Positions 57,837-61,927 of a stretch of 61,927 nucleotides of DNA are shown here, piece after piece. The translations under genes were made by a program, and so were the position numbers. The notes beneath the pieces were generated by a model that saw nothing but the letters and a program-made list of their open reading frames with translations, was not told the DNA's origin and did not search any database. Each line of letters starts with the position of its first letter. Within the stretch, counting starts at the first letter, position 1. This stretch comes from Clostridia bacterium. Lineage in GTDB: Bacteria; Bacillota; Clostridia; Saccharofermentanales; UBA5734. The DNA lies in assembly GCA_009928985.1 (NCBI GenBank), contig SABL01000002.1, forward strand, positions 1 through 61,927. Direction: 5' to 3'.

Positions 57837-59774
57837 GTGTGGCGGAGCATCCTGCGCATCGGCATCCTGCTGGCCCTCTCTGTCCTGCTGGCTTTTGGCG
57901 CCGAGCGCTTTTTCTTCAACCGCCTGGCTCTGTCCGGCACATCCGGTCCGGACGCGGCTTCTCAGCCTTCCATCACCCTGTCAGCCGAGACCTTGTATCC
58001 AAACAGCCAGGGCTTTGCTCTGGAAAACGGCCGATTGCGTTCGATCTCAGATCAAGCCACGATCGAGCTGGCCATCCCCGGCGGCAAGATTCGCCAGGTG
58101 ATCCTTTCCTACCAGAGCGCGACGGACGCTGACATTTACATCCGCAGCACCGAACCACCCCAGACCGACGAACCAAGCGCCACTCTGTCTGAAGCTGACT
58201 TATGGATCGCCGACCAGGCGCCGCGCGACTTGCAGCAAGCTGCCACGGTGGTCGAAGCAGAAGTCGAACAGGTGACCCTGGTGGTTCCGGATGCGGGATT
58301 CATCCTCGATGCGGTCACGCTCGACCGCTCGGTGGCGATCCATCCCCAGCGGACATCTTTCCTTGCGATTGGACTGTTTTTGCTCGGCCTGCTGCTTAGC
58401 GGCTCATTGCCTTTTTTATCGACCCCGACCCACTGGTTTCTCCTGCTTGGTGCCAGTCTCGGCGTATGGATGATGGTCCTGTCACCGCTTCAGTTCCTTG
58501 GCTGGGATGAACAGATCCATTTCAAATCCATGCTGGTGCGATCGTTCCCGGATGTCGCCTGGCTGACTCCGGCTGCCCAGCGCCTCGTTGATCTGGACTT
58601 GCCGCCAGCTGACACCCGTTTCGACCAGCTGCAGACAGCAGCCTGGCTGTCACAATTGGATGAGCCATCCTTGGCTACGCCAGCCGTTCAAGAAAAATCC
58701 TGGGGCGTCCATCACGTGCCCTACCTGCCAGGTATCCTGGCCTTTGCCCTCAGTCGCTGGCTGGGCAGCTCACTCTCGTCTGCCATCCTGCTCGCCCGCA
58801 TCCTCAGCCTGATCATCTATCTCAGTCTGACCGCCTGGGCGATCCATCTGATGCCCTTCGGCAAGCATCTCCTCGCCGTCTATGCCTTGCTGCCCACCCT
58901 GCTCTTCCAGGCGACGCGCCTGACCTATGACACCGTGACCATCGCGGCGGCTTTCCTGTTTCTTGCGGCGCTGCTCGATGAATGGGCCAATCCGGACCGC
59001 CTGCTCAGCAAGGGTCGCCTGATTCTATTCACTGCAGCCGCTCTGGTATTCAACAGCATCAAATCGGTCTATGTGCCACTGGTGGCAGCCGCCTATTTCA
59101 TCCCCTCCAGCAAGTTTATTTCCGAAAAGAAGCGGCTGATGTACTGGATTTTCCTCACCGTCCTGATCGCCCTGATCTTGTCCCAGGTGATCCTGCCCGG
59201 CCTGCTCCAGCCTGATCCAGGCGGTGATGCGCGTGTCTCCGGCACGAGTGTGTCCGGCCAGCTGGCCTTTATCTTCGCCCAGCCCATCGCCGCCGCCCGC
59301 ATCATCCTGGGTGACCTTATCGCCAACCTCGGGACCTTTTTGCTCGGCAACACCGCCGTGCTGTCCTACGCCTATGCCGGGACGATCCATTCGGCCAATT
59401 GGTCCATGGCCATCGCCGTCCTGCTCGTGATCCTGGCCCTGATGGACCAGCCCAACCGCGACCAAGACGGTTTGTCGCGACCTGCCTTGCCCTTATCCCA
59501 AAGTCTCTATCTGGCTGCAACCGCGCTCATCAGCCTGGTTCTCGTCTATCTGGCCCTGTACATCAGTTTCACGCCGGTCGGTGCCCTGGCTGTTGACGGT
59601 GTCCAGCCGCGTTACATCTTCCCACTGGCGTTGCCACTGCTCCTGCTTCTGCGCCGACCAGGTATCCAGCACACGCTGCAACCCGCCACACTCGCCCGCC
59701 TGACTTTCCTACCGGTGATCCTGGTCAATCTGTTTGGCCTGTACCAGCATTTCCTCGTGCCGTTTTACCGCTGA
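57837..59774 (+). CDS. Large polytopic membrane protein (DUF2142 / GT-C-like)
   Basis: 645 aa with more than 10 predicted hydrophobic segments. It lies upstream of a GT2 gene, an arrangement typical of DUF2142 proteins. The family name is tentative. Confidence 0.6.
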   Translation: MWRSILRIGILLALSVLLAFGAERFFFNRLALSGTSGPDAASQPSITLSAETLYPNSQGFALENGRLRSISDQATIELAIPGGKIRQVILSYQSATDADIYIRSTEPPQTDEPSATLSEADLWIADQAPRDLQQAATVVEAEVEQVTLVVPDAGFILDAVTLDRSVAIHPQRTSFLAIGLFLLGLLLSGSLPFLSTPTHWFLLLGASLGVWMMVLSPLQFLGWDEQIHFKSMLVRSFPDVAWLTPAAQRLVDLDLPPADTRFDQLQTAAWLSQLDEPSLATPAVQEKSWGVHHVPYLPGILAFALSRWLGSSLSSAILLARILSLIIYLSLTAWAIHLMPFGKHLLAVYALLPTLLFQATRLTYDTVTIAAAFLFLAALLDEWANPDRLLSKGRLILFTAAALVFNSIKSVYVPLVAAAYFIPSSKFISEKKRLMYWIFLTVLIALILSQVILPGLLQPDPGGDARVSGTSVSGQLAFIFAQPIAAARIILGDLIANLGTFLLGNTAVLSYAYAGTIHSANWSMAIAVLLVILALMDQPNRDQDGLSRPALPLSQSLYLAATALISLVLVYLALYISFTPVGALAVDGVQPRYIFPLALPLLLLLRRPGIQHTLQPATLARLTFLPVILVNLFGLYQHFLVPFYR

Positions 59775-59795
59775 AGCGGGAAGGAGACTGACGCG

Positions 59796-60818
59796 ATGAC
59801 AAACCCTTCTCGACAATCTGAAATGCTCAAACCCGAAGCTCAGCCGGTGACTTTTTCGGTTGCCCTGTGTACCTACCAGGGTGCTGCCTACATCGCAGAG
59901 CAATTGCAGAGCATGCTCGACCAGACCGTCCTGCCCGACGAAATCGTCATCCGTGACGATGGATCCCAAGACGAGACTCTGGCCATCTGCCGTGAAATTG
60001 CCCGGACAAGCCCCGTGCCGATCACGATCCTGCCTCCAGGTGAGCGGCTCGGCGTCGCCGGAAATTTCTTCGCCTGTGCCCGGGCCTGCTGCATGGACTG
60101 GATCTTGTTCGCCGACCAGGATGATCGCTGGCTGCCCGAACGAGTCGCGTTGTTTAAAAATGCGATCGCCGATCATCCTGACGCCCCAGCCATCCAATCG
60201 GATGGCCTGATTGCCGATGCCCACCTGAATCCGACCGGCGAGACACTCTGGCGCTCATACTTTTTCTCGCCCCGCGAGCAAGCCCTCGTCCAGGCGGGCA
60301 GGGGGGAGGTCATCCTGACCCGGCACGTCTTTGTCACCGGTGCCGCCCTGACTGTCCGGCGCGACTGGTTCCTGGCCTTGCCCGCACCCGCCACACAGTT
60401 TTACCACGATGAATGGATCGGCTGGTTCGCCGGTCCGGCCTTGCGCCTGCTGCCTGCCGCCACATTCCTCTATCGCCAGCACGAGAGCCAGCAGACTGGC
60501 CTGGCGACCACCTGGCACGCTCACTGGCAGCATCTCCTCGACAGCCAGCTCCATGCCCGCACCCTGCTCGAACGCGACTTGGCGCGTTTCCCCCGCCTCG
60601 CCGCCGCCCTGCGCGAGGCCGGGCTGCATGAACGCGCAGATCTGGTCGCTGCCAAAACTTGCTTTGTCCAGCGTCGCCTCAGCTTCTCCCGTTTCCTGCC
60701 CGTCCGGTTGTTCCAAGTCCTGGCCAGCATCCTTACAGGCGACTATACCCGTTTTGCCATCGCTCGACGCTCGATTGTCAAAGACCTGATTTTCCCCGCT
60801 TCGCTCGCAAAGCGGTGA
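59796..60818 (+). CDS. Family 2 glycosyltransferase
   Basis: FSVALCTYQGAAYI...VIRDDGSQDET and ADQDD motifs. GAAGGAG RBS. Confidence 0.85.
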   Translation: MTNPSRQSEMLKPEAQPVTFSVALCTYQGAAYIAEQLQSMLDQTVLPDEIVIRDDGSQDETLAICREIARTSPVPITILPPGERLGVAGNFFACARACCMDWILFADQDDRWLPERVALFKNAIADHPDAPAIQSDGLIADAHLNPTGETLWRSYFFSPREQALVQAGRGEVILTRHVFVTGAALTVRRDWFLALPAPATQFYHDEWIGWFAGPALRLLPAATFLYRQHESQQTGLATTWHAHWQHLLDSQLHARTLLERDLARFPRLAAALREAGLHERADLVAAKTCFVQRRLSFSRFLPVRLFQVLASILTGDYTRFAIARRSIVKDLIFPASLAKR

Positions 60819-60872
60819 AGATGGCCAGGTGGTAAGCGACGCTGGGCGTAGGCGGTGCCGGGCACGACCACA

Positions 60873-61141
60873 GGTCCGATACCTGTGCCGGAATTAGGGT
60901 CGGATACCTTATGGAAAGTCAATCGAATCTTCTCTGAAACTTCACAGCCTGTGGGCAGTTCAAACATAACTATTTATCCATGTTAAAAAGGTATCTGACA
61001 TCACTTCAGAAGCAATGTCAGATACCTTTTGTGAACTCAGTTGTGCTAAGCCGAGAAGGCAACAGCAGCAAACATCTTGGGACATGAGCCGCGTTGCCTC
61101 AAATGCGGTATCCGACCTGTTTGCCGGCACAGGTATCGGAC
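60873..61141. repeat. MITE-like element or long imperfect palindrome: roughly 36-bp terminal inverted repeats around a lower-GC core with a central hairpin
   Basis: Left end: GGTCCGATACCTGTGCCGG-AATTA-GGGTCGGATACC (60873-60908). Reverse complement of the right end (61106-61141): GTCCGATACCTGTGCCGGC-AAACA-GGTCGGATACCGC. The GGTATCnGAC motif occurs 6 times in total. Confidence 0.6.
60985..61030. terminator. Bidirectional Rho-independent terminator between the convergent GT2 and DUF3048 genes
   Basis: AAAAAGGTATCTGACAT-N13-ATGTCAGATACCTTTT: a 13-bp perfect stem with an A-run on the 5' side and a T-run on the 3' side. Confidence 0.75.
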
Positions 61142-61191
61142 TTGGTGGCCCATCTGGACAGCCACCGCGTCAGCCGCGCTTCCCGCCAGCG

Positions 61192-61927
61192 TTACCGGAT
61201 CGTGATTGTCTTGGTGTTTCTCAGGACACCGATGTAGATTTTGCCACGGTTGAGGGTCAGTTCGCTGCCATCGGCGCGAGTGAAGATCCAGGGTTGCACG
61301 GTACCGCCCTTTTTCCAGGTGATCTTTTCATAGGCACCACCGGTCAGGTAGTAACCGGAGCCGGAAGACAAGTCGTATTCTTTGAGAATGTCACCATTGA
61401 ACTGGGTCACCGTCGTCTGGAGTAGCAAGACATTGGTGAATTGGAGGGCCTTGCCAGTCGATTCGTCGATCTGATCGGCGTTGAACTGGCCCTTTTTGTA
61501 AGTCTTGTTGGCTTCGTCGTAGGTGAAGGTGGCAACTGCATAATTGGAGAAGGGGGCTGTCGCCTTGACCGCGCTGCCGCCCGAGGCCGGGACGATGTCA
61601 GCAGAGGGCTGGAAATAGAACCAGGCGCGGTTACCATTGGTGTTCTGGTCAGAAATACCCAGCTTGTCGATCGCATTGAGCAATTTTTCGCCTGTGGTCT
61701 TGACACTGTGCTCATAGCCGCGGCTGGCACGCCAGTTGGCGTCACGCCAGTAGGCATAATCAGCGTTGGTGCTATCGATGTGGTCGGTTTTCTGGATCAT
61801 GACCTGGTCATAGGCGGCATAGGAACCACCGAAATGGACGACTATTGCGCCGAATGCACCGGCAAGGTCGATGAAGTCATGGCGCAGGCTGCGGATCGAG
61901 CCAATTTCCGGCACGTCAGCCGGATTG
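61192..61927 (-). CDS. DUF3048 domain-containing protein (YerB-like), 5'-truncated by the window edge
   Basis: IGSIRSLRHDFIDLAGAFGAIVVHFGGS... and the C-terminal ...GKIYIGVLRNTKTITIR resemble DUF3048. The frame stays open to base 61927. Confidence 0.72.
   Translation of the reverse strand, partial: NPADVPEIGSIRSLRHDFIDLAGAFGAIVVHFGGSYAAYDQVMIQKTDHIDSTNADYAYWRDANWRASRGYEHSVKTTGEKLLNAIDKLGISDQNTNGNRAWFYFQPSADIVPASGGSAVKATAPFSNYAVATFTYDEANKTYKKGQFNADQIDESTGKALQFTNVLLLQTTVTQFNGDILKEYDLSSGSGYYLTGGAYEKITWKKGGTVQPWIFTRADGSELTLNRGKIYIGVLRNTKTITIR

Noticed and set aside
57832-57900. I looked for an ssrA (tmRNA) gene next to smpB.
   Set aside because: The sequence after smpB goes straight into a membrane-protein CDS (GTG at 57837). 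No tRNA-Ala-like acceptor/T-arm or tag ORF was seen.

Overview
This is a GC-rich bacterial chromosomal segment. Gene content and cis-regulation look Firmicutes/Clostridia-like: a T-box leader on valS, an M-box leader on corA, a SigI/RsgI pair, YabE-RsmA synteny, single-chain PurL and GTP-type PEPCK. I call about 47 CDS, nearly all housekeeping. In order they are: DUF1667, ComFB, a rhodanese lipoprotein, Crp/Fnr, a PLP decarboxylase-NfeD-radical SAM trio, pgi, TIGR03960/TIGR03936/RNase G, an NrdD-like protein, valS, SDR, fba, AKR, thioesterase, MTHFS, MBL, ACT+UPF0210, TPR, DHHW, argH-argG, a class IV aminotransferase, htpG, purL, sigI-rsgI, a yabE-like gene, rsmA, pckG, zapA, a U32 peptidase, dut, corA, uppP, tsaD, smpB and a DUF2142-like/GT2 pair. 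I saw no rRNA or tRNA genes, CRISPR array, transposase, integrase, prophage or recognisable defence genes, so I do not think a classical mobile or defence island is present. The items most worth a second look are: (1) a tightly coupled pair of apparent pseudoenzymes, an ATP-cone NrdD homologue that ends before the glycyl-radical domain plus a SASA-like protein without its catalytic blocks (11545-15257); (2) a sigI-rsgI module followed by three uncharacterised envelope proteins (38725-44224); (3) a DnaA-box cluster just downstream of tsaD (57200-57294); (4) several structured non-coding elements: a dispersed GTATAACGGAC palindromic repeat at two loci, a 60-bp tandem duplication inside the valS leader, a 21-bp perfect inverted repeat plus a 52-bp tandem repeat upstream of argG, and a MITE-like palindrome at 60873-61141. 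All family assignments come from motif recognition by eye, with no database search, and need HMM/BLAST confirmation.
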